Virus record (IMG/VR): IMGVR_UViG_3300045580_000523
Coordinates: 1 to 26,176 of that record
Strand: one strand, 5' to 3'
Length of the DNA: 26,176 nt
Source: a virus
Lineage: Duplodnaviria; Caudoviricetes
Positions 25,787 to 26,176 of the stretch are shown piece after piece. The position numbers and the translations under genes are program-made. Every line of letters starts with the position of its first letter. The first letter of the stretch is position 1. Under the pieces are notes generated by a model. It saw nothing but the letters and a program-made list of their open reading frames with translations, was not told the origin of the DNA and ran no database searches.

Positions 25787-26176
25787 CAACCTCCATCACT
25801 CCAAGCCCAGCTGGCTCTCTTGAACTGCCTGCGCACAAGCGCCGCCCGCCGGCCGGCCCTGCCTTTGTGCTCCCCAGCGTCGTCTGCTTCGCCTGCTTCG
25901 ATTCCGGCATCGTCGCGAACCACGACCTCGCGATCAACGAGTTCCTCGAGGATTACGACGTGCTCCCGTCCGGCGAGCGCATGGTCGGCTCTGATCCTGC
26001 CGTGATCTGCTGCTGCACAGCCGCCTATTCCGGCACCGGCCGCGGCTTCCGCGATTCCTCGGGCCCGTGTCGAGTGGAAACGGCCGTCGGCGCCCGCCTG
26101 ATTGGTTGTGAGCTGCCCCAGGAGGCGATCGCCACAATCCACCGCAACCGCCGCAAGTTGGCCTACGCCGCGGTGC
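25783..26176 (+). CDS. Zn-finger protein, 3'-truncated (helicase-loader-like position; not in ORF track)
   Basis: ATGA-coupled to rep. MTTSITPSP...CFACFDSGIV...ICCC. Open to the window end. Confidence 0.7.
   Translation, partial: MTTSITPSPAGSLELPAHKRRPPAGPAFVLPSVVCFACFDSGIVANHDLAINEFLEDYDVLPSGERMVGSDPAVICCCTAAYSGTGRGFRDSSGPCRVETAVGARLIGCELPQEAIATIHRNRRKLAYAAV

Overview
A continuous ~26 kb piece of a GC-rich (roughly two-thirds GC by eye) long-tailed phage or prophage. The host is most likely a picocyanobacterium (Cyanobium/Synechococcus type), inferred from cyanophage-like tail, lysin and repressor motifs. Plus strand 1-17737: tape measure protein (5'-truncated, carrying M23-like and lytic transglycosylase domains), tail-tip genes (gpL-like, NlpC/P60, gpI/J-like, Dit-like, two tube-fold proteins), a 1323-aa fibre with a small chaperone-like gene, three membrane proteins and a GH24 lysozyme. 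Minus strand 17731-22762: an M15A peptidase, an acidic Ala-rich protein, dCTP deaminase, small coupled ORFs, a Vsr/DUF559-like nuclease, a candidate structured RNA and an ERF recombinase. 22800-26176 is a switch and replication region: a small plus-strand ORF, a repressor-like HTH protein, an O-like replication initiator with internal iterons and a truncated Zn-finger protein. No integrase or att site is visible at the late/early junction. The most unusual part is the switch region. (i) The repressor appears to carry a ChtBD3/CBM5-12-like module inserted inside its HTH and has no S24 autocleavage domain. (ii) Two near-consensus cyanobacterial LexA boxes mark the two divergent promoter regions. 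(iii) A ~90-nt three-hairpin antisense RNA with its own -10 and terminator is predicted in the rep leader. All family calls are from motif recognition by eye, not database searches.
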